NCBI GenBank assembly: GCA_045591805.1
Contig: JAZNTO010000130.1
Span: forward strand, 2,924 to 66,923
Direction: 5' to 3'
DNA from: Akkermansia sp.
GTDB taxonomy: Bacteria; Verrucomicrobiota; Verrucomicrobiia; Verrucomicrobiales; Akkermansiaceae
DNA: 64,000 nt
Shown here: positions 10,931-19,915 of the stretch, piece by piece
Numbering within the stretch: the stretch's first letter is position 1
Layout: every line of letters starts with the position of its first letter
Position numbers and translations under genes: made by a program
Notes under the pieces: model-generated
The model's input: the letters and a program-made list of their open reading frames with translations, nothing else
What the model was told of the DNA's origin: nothing
The model's database searches: none

Positions 10931-10966
10931 ATCCTGTACCTATCTGTGGCAAGGTACAGGATTTTT
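10931..10966 (+). terminator. Intrinsic terminator
   Basis: ATCCTGTACCT/AGGTACAGGAT 11-bp stem followed by TTTT. Confidence 0.7.
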
Positions 10967-11106
10967 GTCATTGCCTAGTTGGAGCCTTGGTTGTACTGTA
11001 GAGAAAGAGGTGGGCGATGGGGGAGTATCCATTTTGGGAGGAATGCTCCTACATGGGAGTTCTGGTTCCCTTTTCTATGCTTTCTACTCTTATTTCTTGT
11101 ACTAGC

Positions 11107-12753
11107 TTATGAATCGGGCAGAAAAATCTTGTGTGTATGGGAATTGCCCTTTTCGTTTTTCTCGCTGAGCTCAAAGGAGATAGAGTTCGCATCTGAGCTC
11201 AATGTTGGCATACATACGAAATGAAAACCATCACTATATTCATGATAGTATCTTACAACGGATCTATTTGTTAAGAAGTTTTTAATCTTTGATAAGATGG
11301 ATAAATTATGATCTATAAGTATCTGTTTTGACTTGCCGTTTTTGTTTTCTACTTCAATGGCTCCCTCAAAGAAAATCCCTTTTGGAAATCTTAGTACAAT
11401 TTCGTTGTTGAGCCTCGCTATGTGAAACTCATTGCTGTTTTTCGTTTCAAAAAGTTTATACATGTTTTCATTCCTTTTTTTGGTGCGGAAGTGGGCATAA
11501 AATGGATTCTGTCCGTAATATTTACCTACGAAATTGTATCTGTAATCTGCTTGTGATTTGGGAAAAGCTCCGGCTAGTAACCAAGGGATATCTTGCCCAA
11601 ATGCGGTACAATCTACTTCGCAGACAGAATTCGGTTTCTCGCTGTTAATGGCTTGATTGTGTGATTCGGAAATTTTATGTAAGTATGTATATTCGTGTGC
11701 CGTTAGACCGCACAGTGCAACAGTGGCAAGCGTAAGTATGATACGATTTTCTATGATGCGCTGCCCATATTCTCCAAGGAAGAGTATCATGATTGTTAAA
11801 CTTAGATAGTAATAACCACCGCCCCAAGAACCATGATGCGCCATAGTAAATGCCAGAATTGCAAATGCCAGAGTCAGACAACCAAGCAACGATTTGAAAA
11901 GAGTGCGTTTTTTGAATAATAACCAGAATAACGTCAGAATCGGTATGCCTGCTTTTCTCAACAGAGATTCTAAACCTCCTATGACGCTCAGGATATAGTT
12001 TTCTGTTCCGGTGGCTCGCGACCACATAGCCGGCGCAGTTATCGGGAATAGCGTTCCAAGACCCACACATATGATAGTTACTATCATCGCTCTCGGAATT
12101 GTTTTTGTTTTGCGCCACTTGATAACGGAGTGAATGAGCAAGCCGCAGGATAGAGGTGCGCCTAATCCTTCATGCAACATTCCGCATAAGAAACCGCTTG
12201 TGCAACTGATAATGGTAATATAAGAGCTGGTTCGATCGGAAGATTCCATTCGTCTTACGAATATCAGAAAGATTAGCAACGCTATTGTTGGCCAGAAATA
12301 ATTGCAGCATCCTGAAGTCCAAAGTACAGTTCCCTCGATGTTAGGAAGAAATGCTATGCTGGCAACTAGGCAAATTACGATTTCTCGAACTCCTGCATGT
12401 GCAAAAATATACTTGCTTATTAGAAATAGGTAAAGTATGAATGCTACGACATTTAGGAGATTGAACAAGTGTTTACCTCCATACATCATAACTAGTGATA
12501 CGATGCCGTCAGAGAGTCTGCCGCAGGTGAAATGTGAACGTTGTGTCCACCATGAGCTCAACAAGTCCTTCCAACTATCTATGCGTTCTTGTGTATACCA
12601 GAGCGAGCCATCTTCATGCGTAGTCATTACAAAGTTAAGGCGGTAATCATCTTGTATCATCGGCGTGAGCTCGTTAAATATGTAAAAGATAGAAGCGGAC
12701 AAGATGAGAAATCCCCACAAAATTGCAGTTTTATATAGTGCCTCTTTATTCAT
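11107..12753 (-). CDS. Low-GC polytopic membrane protein, DUF6056/GtrII-like (putative GT-C glycosyltransferase)
   Basis: TM1 followed by PMIQDDY, then GRL, WTSGCCNYFW, GMLHE and APAMWSR. About 10 TMs plus a soluble C-terminal domain. Visibly AT-rich. Confidence 0.7.
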   Translation of the reverse strand: MNKEALYKTAILWGFLILSASIFYIFNELTPMIQDDYRLNFVMTTHEDGSLWYTQERIDSWKDLLSSWWTQRSHFTCGRLSDGIVSLVMMYGGKHLFNLLNVVAFILYLFLISKYIFAHAGVREIVICLVASIAFLPNIEGTVLWTSGCCNYFWPTIALLIFLIFVRRMESSDRTSSYITIISCTSGFLCGMLHEGLGAPLSCGLLIHSVIKWRKTKTIPRAMIVTIICVGLGTLFPITAPAMWSRATGTENYILSVIGGLESLLRKAGIPILTLFWLLFKKRTLFKSLLGCLTLAFAILAFTMAHHGSWGGGYYYLSLTIMILFLGEYGQRIIENRIILTLATVALCGLTAHEYTYLHKISESHNQAINSEKPNSVCEVDCTAFGQDIPWLLAGAFPKSQADYRYNFVGKYYGQNPFYAHFRTKKRNENMYKLFETKNSNEFHIARLNNEIVLRFPKGIFFEGAIEVENKNGKSKQILIDHNLSILSKIKNFLTNRSVVRYYHEYSDGFHFVCMPTLSSDANSISFELSEKNEKGNSHTHKIFLPDS

Positions 12754-12761
12754 GCGAGCCA

Positions 12762-12925
12762 CAGTTTACGCTTTTGAAAACCGTAAGTCATCACAACTAA
12801 CTATCTCGCGGTAAGGGATTAAAATTATTGACTTGTGCTTTCTGAGGGGAGCTCAGGTGAAAGGCGTGAGCCTGATTTTCAATCTGATATTTTGCTTGAC
12901 TTACGGTTTTCAAAACCGTAAGTCA
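12762..12925. repeat. Two related palindromic sites (12762-12790 and 12897-12925) flanking 106 bp
   Basis: TGACTTACGGTTTT-C-AAAACCGTAAGTCA is a perfect 14-bp inverted repeat. 12766-12790 (TTACGCTTTTGAAAACCGTAAGTCA) matches the reverse complement of 12897-12921 at 24/25. Confidence 0.9.
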
Positions 12926-12949
12926 CAAGAAGGAAGAGTAGTCGCATCC

Positions 12950-12959
12950 GGGGGGGGGG
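12950..12959 (+). repeat. G10 homopolymer
   Basis: Ten consecutive G in the intergenic region. Confidence 0.9.
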
Positions 12960-13030
12960 AGCTTTGGAAACAAGATGATTTCATTATGCGTTCGTTGAGT
13001 CTGAGATAAAGATCTTTCGCCACTTTAAGC

Positions 13031-13059
13031 TTGCAAGGGGGAGAGATAGGGTGTAGAAT
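13031..13059 (+). promoter_or_regulatory. Sigma70-type promoter of glgB (leaderless-type)
   Basis: TTGCAA-17-TAGAAT, 8 nt before ATG. Confidence 0.7.
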
Positions 13060-13067
13060 GGCGAGCG

Positions 13068-15089
13068 ATGAGAAGACCTCCTATACCCGGGTTGGTGTTG
13101 GCAGACGGATGGCTGGCACCTTATGAGCGAGAGATAAAGGGCCGCATGCGATTGTATGATGGTCGGCTGGCGAGTATACGTCGGCGTTATGGCTCTCTGC
13201 TTGAGTGTGCGAATGGTTTTGCGCGCATGGGGTTCAACCGGGATGCCGCTACCGGCGAGTGGGTGTACCGAGAATGGGCACCCGGTGCACGAGGGCTTTT
13301 CCTGATAGGAGATTTTAATGGCTGGAATCGCGCGGCGCATCCCATGCAGCCGGGTGCAGCAGGTGTGTGGGAGTTACGTTTGCCGGCGGCAGCCTTGCAA
13401 CACGGGCAGCACGTGAAAGTACATGTGGTGGGGGCGGACAATGTGGGGAGAGACCGTATACCGGCCTGGATTCGCTACACGGAGCAGGATTCCGCTACTT
13501 TCGATTACAGCGGAGTCATCTGGACCCCGTCTGAACCCTACACATGGAAGAATACCCGCTGGAACCCGTCGCAGGTGAAGGTGCCCTTCATCTACGAGGC
13601 TCATGTGGGTATGGCCGGAGAGGAGGAGCGCGTGCACAGCTACCGCGAGTTTGCGGACAATGTTTTGCCGCGCGTGGCTAAGCTGGGCTACAATGTGGTG
13701 CAACTCATGGCGATACAAGAGCACCCGTACTATGGTTCCTTTGGTTACCATGTTTCCTCATTCTTTGCTCCCTGCAATCGCTTCGGTACTCCGGAGGATT
13801 TGAAATACCTCATCGACACGGCTCACGGGTTGGGGATTGCCGTGCTGCTGGATGTGGTGCACTCTCACGCTGTGAAAAATGTGGCGGAGGGGCTCAACAA
13901 TTTCGATGGTTCGGGAGGTCAGTATTTCAATGCCGGCAAGCGGGATGCTTTTCATCCGGACTGGGATAGCTGCCTCTTCGACTACGGACGAACGGAAGTT
14001 ATCGAGTTTTTGCTCAGCAACTTGCGCTGGTGGCTGGAGGAGTACCACTTCGATGGCTTCCGCTTTGACGGCGTGACCAGCATGCTCTACCTACACCATG
14101 GGCATGAGCCATTTACGGATTTGGGCTGTTACTTCAACACTCAGGTAAATATAGATGCCGTGGTATATCTGCAACTGGCGGCTACGTTGGTGCAGCAGGT
14201 TACACCCGGAGCTTTTGCCATAGCGGAGGATATGTCCGGTATGCCCGGCTTATGCCGCCCTGTGGATGAAGGGGGCTTCGGCTTTACCCACCGTCTGGCT
14301 ATGGGGCTACCGGATTATTGGATTAAGTTGCTCAAGGAGAAAAAGGACGAGGAGTGGAGCGTGGGCGATATATGGTACACCCTCATCAACCGCCGCTACG
14401 GTGAACCCAATATCGCTTATGCCGAGAGCCACGACCAAGCGCTTGTTGGGGACAAAACAATCGCTTTTCGCTTGATGGATGCCGAGATGTATACACACAT
14501 GAGCTGCGAGATGCCCAGCCACATCATAGATCGCGGTATGGCGCTCCACAAGCTGATACGTCTAGCCACGCTGGCAGCCGGCGGCGAGGGTTGGCTGAAT
14601 TTCATGGGCAATGAGTTCGGGCACCCGGAGTGGATAGATTTCCCGCGCGAGGGTAATGGCAATTCCTACAAGTATTGCCGCCGCCAGTGGAGTCTGGTGG
14701 ACAATGACCTGCTGCGCTACCGCTTCCTGAACGCCTTTGACCGCGCCATGCTGGTACTGGCGAAGCGCACCGAGCTGCTGGCATCGCCGCCTGCTCGTCC
14801 GCTGAATATGGACGAGAAGAACCAGGTGATGGCATTTGAGCGTGCCGGACTTGTGTTCGTGTTCAACTGGAGCGGTACCCGTGCCATACCGGACTATAAG
14901 TTGCCGGCTCCCGCGCACGGGGAATGGAAGGTGGTGCTGGATTCCGATGCTTCGGAGTTCGGCGGGCTGGATAGACAGGACCACAGCGTGAACCACTACA
15001 CCGATAAAACGCAGCATCTTTCCCTCTACCTACTGCCGCGCACTGTTACCGTGCTGGCTCGCGCGTACCGAGGCGGCATGATGCATTAA
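13068..15089 (+). CDS. glgB: 1,4-alpha-glucan branching enzyme (GH13, eukaryote-like subtype)
   Basis: YREWAPGA, QEHPYYGSFGYHV, LDVVHSHA, FDGFRFDGVTSMLY, IAEDMSGMP, YAESHDQALVGDKT, NFMGNEFGHPEWIDFPR. Confidence 0.96.
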   Translation: MRRPPIPGLVLADGWLAPYEREIKGRMRLYDGRLASIRRRYGSLLECANGFARMGFNRDAATGEWVYREWAPGARGLFLIGDFNGWNRAAHPMQPGAAGVWELRLPAAALQHGQHVKVHVVGADNVGRDRIPAWIRYTEQDSATFDYSGVIWTPSEPYTWKNTRWNPSQVKVPFIYEAHVGMAGEEERVHSYREFADNVLPRVAKLGYNVVQLMAIQEHPYYGSFGYHVSSFFAPCNRFGTPEDLKYLIDTAHGLGIAVLLDVVHSHAVKNVAEGLNNFDGSGGQYFNAGKRDAFHPDWDSCLFDYGRTEVIEFLLSNLRWWLEEYHFDGFRFDGVTSMLYLHHGHEPFTDLGCYFNTQVNIDAVVYLQLAATLVQQVTPGAFAIAEDMSGMPGLCRPVDEGGFGFTHRLAMGLPDYWIKLLKEKKDEEWSVGDIWYTLINRRYGEPNIAYAESHDQALVGDKTIAFRLMDAEMYTHMSCEMPSHIIDRGMALHKLIRLATLAAGGEGWLNFMGNEFGHPEWIDFPREGNGNSYKYCRRQWSLVDNDLLRYRFLNAFDRAMLVLAKRTELLASPPARPLNMDEKNQVMAFERAGLVFVFNWSGTRAIPDYKLPAPAHGEWKVVLDSDASEFGGLDRQDHSVNHYTDKTQHLSLYLLPRTVTVLARAYRGGMMH

Positions 15090-15100
15090 CCCCTGCTGCT

Positions 15101-15328
15101 ATGAAAGAAACATCGAAAATACATTGGTTTATCTACATTCCCGCTATCATTCTGTGCTTCCCGCTGGGATGCATAGCTGCGGCTTATGCCGCGCAGGTGC
15201 ATCCGCACCATGCCCAGGGGAATCATAAAGCCGCTGCGGCTGCCTATGAGTCCGCTGCAAACTGGTGCATCTGGGCTTATCTGTTCGGTGTCGTGCTGCT
15301 GATTGCGTATTTCCTGAGATTCAATTAA
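15101..15328 (+). CDS. CD225/dispanin family small membrane protein
   Basis: ILCFPLGCIAAAYAAQV...GNHKAAAAAYESAANWC followed by a second TM. Confidence 0.75.
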   Translation: MKETSKIHWFIYIPAIILCFPLGCIAAAYAAQVHPHHAQGNHKAAAAAYESAANWCIWAYLFGVVLLIAYFLRFN

Positions 15329-15329
15329 A

Positions 15330-16049
15330 ATGAGATTTATTACTTTCCTGCTCTCCGCGGCTGTTTGCGTGCTGTGTCAGTGCACGACTGTTTCCCGGCC
15401 TGCCGCGCCTGCTGTGTCTGCTTCGCTGCCGACATCCTTCTGTTACCTGGATTCCGTAGCACCGACAGTACGGGTGGATTTGAAGTACAGCGGTAATGAT
15501 AACTTTGTGGGGCGCCCTATTGCCGGTTACGCCGGACATCGTGCCGTGCTGCGCAAAGATACAGCAATAGCCATCAAAAAAGCAGCGGATAATCTGGCAA
15601 AGGAGGGGCTTGGGTTGCTTATCTGGGATGCTTATCGTCCTTCCGGCGCCATGCGTGATTTTCGTGAGTGGTCTCGCACGAAGGATGAACGCATGAAGTC
15701 TCGCTTCTATCCTAACATTTCCAAGCAGGGGATTTATGATGCAAAATATATAGGCGATATTTCCGAGCATAGCTGGGGAATTGCAGTGGATGCTACCTTG
15801 GTCGACCTGCGCACAGGCAGAGAGCTGGATATGGGCGGCCACCATGACCTGCTAGATGTTTCCTCCGCCACGGAAAGTTCGCTGGTGACTCCTCAACAGC
15901 GCGCTAACCGATTGAAACTTCGAAAGGTTATGGAATCCGCCGGTATGAAAAATTACCACACGGAGTGGTGGCACTATTACTTGGCAGAGCCGGGGACTCT
16001 CTACTCCTACAATTTTGAATTGCGGGATGACTTGGGCACCACACCCTGA
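15330..16049 (+). CDS. D-Ala-D-Ala dipeptidase (VanX/DdpX, M15D), probable lipoprotein
   Basis: DLKYSGNDNFVG, WDAYRP, SEHSWGIAVD (SxHxxGxAxD), LDMGG, EWWHY. N-terminal LCQC. Confidence 0.92.
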   Translation: MRFITFLLSAAVCVLCQCTTVSRPAAPAVSASLPTSFCYLDSVAPTVRVDLKYSGNDNFVGRPIAGYAGHRAVLRKDTAIAIKKAADNLAKEGLGLLIWDAYRPSGAMRDFREWSRTKDERMKSRFYPNISKQGIYDAKYIGDISEHSWGIAVDATLVDLRTGRELDMGGHHDLLDVSSATESSLVTPQQRANRLKLRKVMESAGMKNYHTEWWHYYLAEPGTLYSYNFELRDDLGTTP

Positions 16050-16098
16050 CAAATGCTTAGGAAAAGTAAAAAAAATGCACAACAGACAGTTAATACTC

Positions 16099-16127
16099 TT
16101 GAATAATGGGTGCGTTTGTCATATAAT
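16099..16127 (+). promoter_or_regulatory. Sigma70-type promoter of the exbB operon
   Basis: TTGAAT-17-TATAAT. Confidence 0.7.
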
Positions 16128-16139
16128 GCGCTCGTACCT

Positions 16140-16895
16140 ATGCACGCGATGAACATTTTAGGCCAGGCTGTCAAGACTGCGGAATCCACCGCAGGCTTCG
16201 ATTTATTCGAGATTTTCGAGAAGGGCGGTCCGTTGATGTACGGACTCCTGCTGCTTTCATTTATTGCGCTCATGGCGGTGTTTGTGTGTCTGTGGACGAC
16301 TCGTTCGTCTGCGGTTCTGCCGCGCGATATTGTGCTTTCCGTAGAGTCTTACATACGCCGCAAGGACTATGCGGGGCTGCTGAGTTTGTGTGAGCGAGAC
16401 GGCTCGAGTTTTGCTCGCACCGTGCACGTGATTGTGATGTTCATGCAGCGTAACCTGCGTGCCAACATGGAAGCCGTGCGAGAAGTGGCCTCGGCAGAGG
16501 CTACGCGCCAAGCTAACATCCTGACACGCCAGATTAACTGGCTCTCCGACATCGGCTCTCTGGCTCCCATGGTGGGTCTGCTTGGCACGGTGCTGGGTAT
16601 GATGAGCACATTCTGGGAAATGGCTCAGGGCAATTTCGAGGGCGTGAAGCAGATGCAGATGGCAAGCGGTATCTCCGAGGCTATGATTACCACAGCCGGC
16701 GGTCTTGTGCTGGCTATTCCCTGCATGCTTACCTACGCTGTGTTCCGCAATCGCATTCAGAAACACATCACTGATATGGAGGTGGCCGTGACCCACATCC
16801 TCTCCGTGCTGGCTGTGCAGGCGGATCGCGAGCAGCGCTTGGGCAATATCGCCCAGAAGGGCTCCCGCAGCGAAATGATGGACGACGAGTATTGA
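16140..16895 (+). CDS. MotA/TolQ/ExbB proton channel family protein
   Basis: KGGPLMY, IGSLAPMVGLLGTVLGM, GISEAMITTAGGLVLAIP. Confidence 0.93.
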   Translation: MHAMNILGQAVKTAESTAGFDLFEIFEKGGPLMYGLLLLSFIALMAVFVCLWTTRSSAVLPRDIVLSVESYIRRKDYAGLLSLCERDGSSFARTVHVIVMFMQRNLRANMEAVREVASAEATRQANILTRQINWLSDIGSLAPMVGLLGTVLGMMSTFWEMAQGNFEGVKQMQMASGISEAMITTAGGLVLAIPCMLTYAVFRNRIQKHITDMEVAVTHILSVLAVQADREQRLGNIAQKGSRSEMMDDEY

Positions 16896-16917
16896 TGCAA
16901 CCTAGCCGCTGAGTGCC

Positions 16918-17352
16918 ATGAAAATCAACGCAAAGGTACCCGAGCCCATAGGCTTCCAGCTGGCACCCATGCTGGATGTGGTGTTCCTGCTTCTCATCTT
17001 CTTTGTGGTAACCCAGAAGTTTATTCTCAACGAGCAGGACCTCAAAGTAAAAGTGCCCACAGCACCCAAGACCACCGAAGAGGCTTCGCGCGCTATTGAC
17101 GAGATAATTATCAACGCCCGCGAAGAGGAGGACGGTACGCTGGTTGTGACGATCGATCGCGAGGTGTTCTCCCTAGAGCAGCTGGAGCAGCGCTTGCGAC
17201 GCCAAGTGCGACTGAATGAGAATCAGCCCGTGCGTATACGCGGGGATGCCGAGATGCGCTGGCAGAAAGTGGCGGATGTTATCTCCACTTGCACTAAAGC
17301 CGGTGTGTATAACGTGAGTTTCTCTAAGCAGATGCCCAAGGTCACCCAGTGA
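16918..17352 (+). CDS. ExbD/TolR family protein
   Basis: LAPMLDVVFLLLIFFVVT with the conserved Asp, and VRIRGD. Confidence 0.93.
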   Translation: MKINAKVPEPIGFQLAPMLDVVFLLLIFFVVTQKFILNEQDLKVKVPTAPKTTEEASRAIDEIIINAREEEDGTLVVTIDREVFSLEQLEQRLRRQVRLNENQPVRIRGDAEMRWQKVADVISTCTKAGVYNVSFSKQMPKVTQ

Positions 17353-17429
17353 GACCTTGGCGTCCGGCTTTTCCGGTTTGCGCATTTTCCCGACCGGTAT
17401 AATTCAAAAAATAATAAGCACGACCCGAT

Positions 17430-19892
17430 ATGATGATGAACAGAACAATTTTTTGCATGGCAGCGCTGAACCTGCTTCCGCTTGCGGTGGCTCAGCAACC
17501 ATCTGCAGATGAGGCTGACCTGGTGGTAAATCGCGAGGCGGATGCCTATGCCATAGCAGAGCATCTTTATGTCCAGGCTCGTCAGCCCGGGGTGGATGCG
17601 CAGTCTCGCAAAGCTAGTATGGCACGTGCCGCAGAACTTTTTGGCGATTTTGTGAAGGAATATCCCAGATCTGCCCAAGTTGCAAAGGCTCAGTACCTGC
17701 AGGCCGTGTGTCTGGAGGAGGCCGGGGATAAGAACCGCTCGGATGCTACGCTGGAGAAGGTGGCAGCCCGCCGAGGAGCCGGAGAATATTCAGCTGCTGC
17801 GGCATATAAGCTGGCTACGCAGGCTGCCTCTCGCAATCTTTGGGAGCGCGCACGAAATTATTACCTCGTCACTATTACCGAATCCCGCCGTGCGGATTTG
17901 CGCGCGGATGCTACTTATCGTCTGGGCTGTGCACACCAACAGCTCGGTCAGAAAAAGGAAGCAGAGACTCGCTTTCGCAGCCTGCAGCAGGATGCCGCCG
18001 CAGCTCCGGCTATTGCGAACGCCTCGCTCTATCACCTGGCGCAGATGAAAACCGAGGAGAAGAAGCTGGAGGAAGCATACAGCTTATTCTGCGAATTGCT
18101 GAAGCGCCAAGATGTGGAGTCCGGCACACTGTCCATGGCCACCTTGCAGGCCGCTCGCCTTGCCTCCCGCTTGGGCAAGCCCCAGGAGGCGCAGCAGCTC
18201 TATAGCCGCCTTTCCGGCATGCAGGGCATGGAGAAGTATAAGGGCGAGGGGCAAATGGAGACCCTGCTGACTTTGTATAAAAACAAGGATTATGCAGGAG
18301 TGGTAAAGCAAATCACTACCAACTATGCCCAGATGGACGATCCGGCTCGCGAAGCTCGTCGCGCGCTCATAGTGGGACAATCATTCATGGAGTTGCGCAA
18401 CTATACGCGAGCCGCGCAGTGGTTCGAAGTCGCCGAGCAAGCGCAGCCCCAGACACCTCTTGCGGCAGATGCTGCCTACCGCCGCCTCGTTTGTGCCCAG
18501 CAGACACGCAGTGTCAACTTCTTTTCGCTGGCTCAGCGTTATCTGAACACATATGCGGCCGCCGGCCTGAGCACGGCGTCTTTGCCTTGCAATGATTTAG
18601 TGCGTCTCATGTATGCAGACCGCATGATGCTGGCAGATGTGCCGGAAGCCTCCAGACAGTTCGAGGCCATCAACTTCGAGAATCTTCCCGAGTCTGTGCG
18701 GGCAGATGCTATGTACAAAAAAGCATGGTGTTCCGCTCAAAGCGGCAACGGCGACCCCGTTGCAACTCTCAATACCTTTATTTCTACGTACACAAAAGAT
18801 GCTCGCTTGCCTGAGGCTTTGGCCTTACGCGGCGGGTGCTTGGTGAAGCTGAACAATACCGGCGGAGCTCTTGCAGACTTTGAGCGCGTCATCAACGAAT
18901 TCCCACAGTCCCCGGCGGTACCTATGTGCTGGCAGCGAGCCGCCCAAGCTGTCTCCGGCAAGGACTCGACCAAAATGGTGCACTACTACAAAGGCTTGAT
19001 TAAATGCGCCGGGCGTGGTGTGAAACCGGCAGCCATAGCTGAGGCTCATTACAACATAGCTCGCGCCCTGTACGAGAAAGACCCGGCAGCGGCTATACCC
19101 CATTTTCGCGAGGCTCGCACCATCAACCCCGAGCAGTATGGCGCGGCTGTGGATTTGAGCTTAGTGCATTGTTATTTCAAGCTCAAAGATGCTGAAAATC
19201 TGCGCGAAACGCTGGTTATTCTGGAGCGCAATAACTCTGCTTCTTACAATGCACTTCCCCCGGCTGTGCCGCGTTGGTGTGGCTGGATGTGTTTCCAGAG
19301 CAAGCGATATCTGGATGCAGATAAATACCTCTCCGATGCTGTCTCCCGCGCTCCACGGGAGAAATATAACTCCGAGGATGGTACGGAAAAGGAGCGAGCC
19401 TCTGTGGAACCTCTCGTGTGGAAGACTCTCGCTCGTGCACGTCTGGAGTTGCGCCAGTACGAGCGAGGCCTCGAGGCAGCCACACACTATGTGAATATGG
19501 AGACTCAGCCGTACCGAAAAGCTGAAGGTATGCGCGATAAGGCTTTGCTGCTCATTGGACTTCAACGCACGGAGGAAGCCCGCAAACTTTGCGAGGATGC
19601 CATTGCTCTGGGGATAGACGGCCCTATAAAATCCTCCGTTTTCATCACCTTGGGAGATGCTTATTATGCGGAGCGTCAGTTTGCTGAAGCCGCAAAGTAT
19701 TATGGCCGTACAGCTAATGTGGTGAGCGATAAGGATTTGAAACCCATGGCTCTCTATAAAATAGCTCAGGCCTTGAGGCACTGCGAGCGCGCCGGCGAAG
19801 CCGCTCAGTACGAGGAGACACTTAAAAAGGAGTTCGGAAACTGGTCGCCGGATCATAATACCTCAGTATTCATGAAGATGCACGACAAATAG
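17430..19892 (+). CDS. Large exported tetratricopeptide-repeat protein
   Basis: Signal peptide and many TPR-like helix pairs (e.g. FVKEYPRSAQVAKAQY, VINEFPQS). Confidence 0.85.
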   Translation: MMMNRTIFCMAALNLLPLAVAQQPSADEADLVVNREADAYAIAEHLYVQARQPGVDAQSRKASMARAAELFGDFVKEYPRSAQVAKAQYLQAVCLEEAGDKNRSDATLEKVAARRGAGEYSAAAAYKLATQAASRNLWERARNYYLVTITESRRADLRADATYRLGCAHQQLGQKKEAETRFRSLQQDAAAAPAIANASLYHLAQMKTEEKKLEEAYSLFCELLKRQDVESGTLSMATLQAARLASRLGKPQEAQQLYSRLSGMQGMEKYKGEGQMETLLTLYKNKDYAGVVKQITTNYAQMDDPAREARRALIVGQSFMELRNYTRAAQWFEVAEQAQPQTPLAADAAYRRLVCAQQTRSVNFFSLAQRYLNTYAAAGLSTASLPCNDLVRLMYADRMMLADVPEASRQFEAINFENLPESVRADAMYKKAWCSAQSGNGDPVATLNTFISTYTKDARLPEALALRGGCLVKLNNTGGALADFERVINEFPQSPAVPMCWQRAAQAVSGKDSTKMVHYYKGLIKCAGRGVKPAAIAEAHYNIARALYEKDPAAAIPHFREARTINPEQYGAAVDLSLVHCYFKLKDAENLRETLVILERNNSASYNALPPAVPRWCGWMCFQSKRYLDADKYLSDAVSRAPREKYNSEDGTEKERASVEPLVWKTLARARLELRQYERGLEAATHYVNMETQPYRKAEGMRDKALLLIGLQRTEEARKLCEDAIALGIDGPIKSSVFITLGDAYYAERQFAEAAKYYGRTANVVSDKDLKPMALYKIAQALRHCERAGEAAQYEETLKKEFGNWSPDHNTSVFMKMHDK

Positions 19893-19915
19893 TAAGACGG
19901 AGCTGAGCTGCGCGT

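Noticed and set aside
12762-12925. Mini CRISPR array
   Set aside because: There are only two units, the 106-bp spacer is far too long, and no cas genes are present.
15330-16049. VanX as part of a vancomycin-resistance cluster
   Set aside because: No vanH/vanA/vanRS nearby, the ddl is an ordinary dcw-cluster ligase, and the host is diderm (lpxD, skp).
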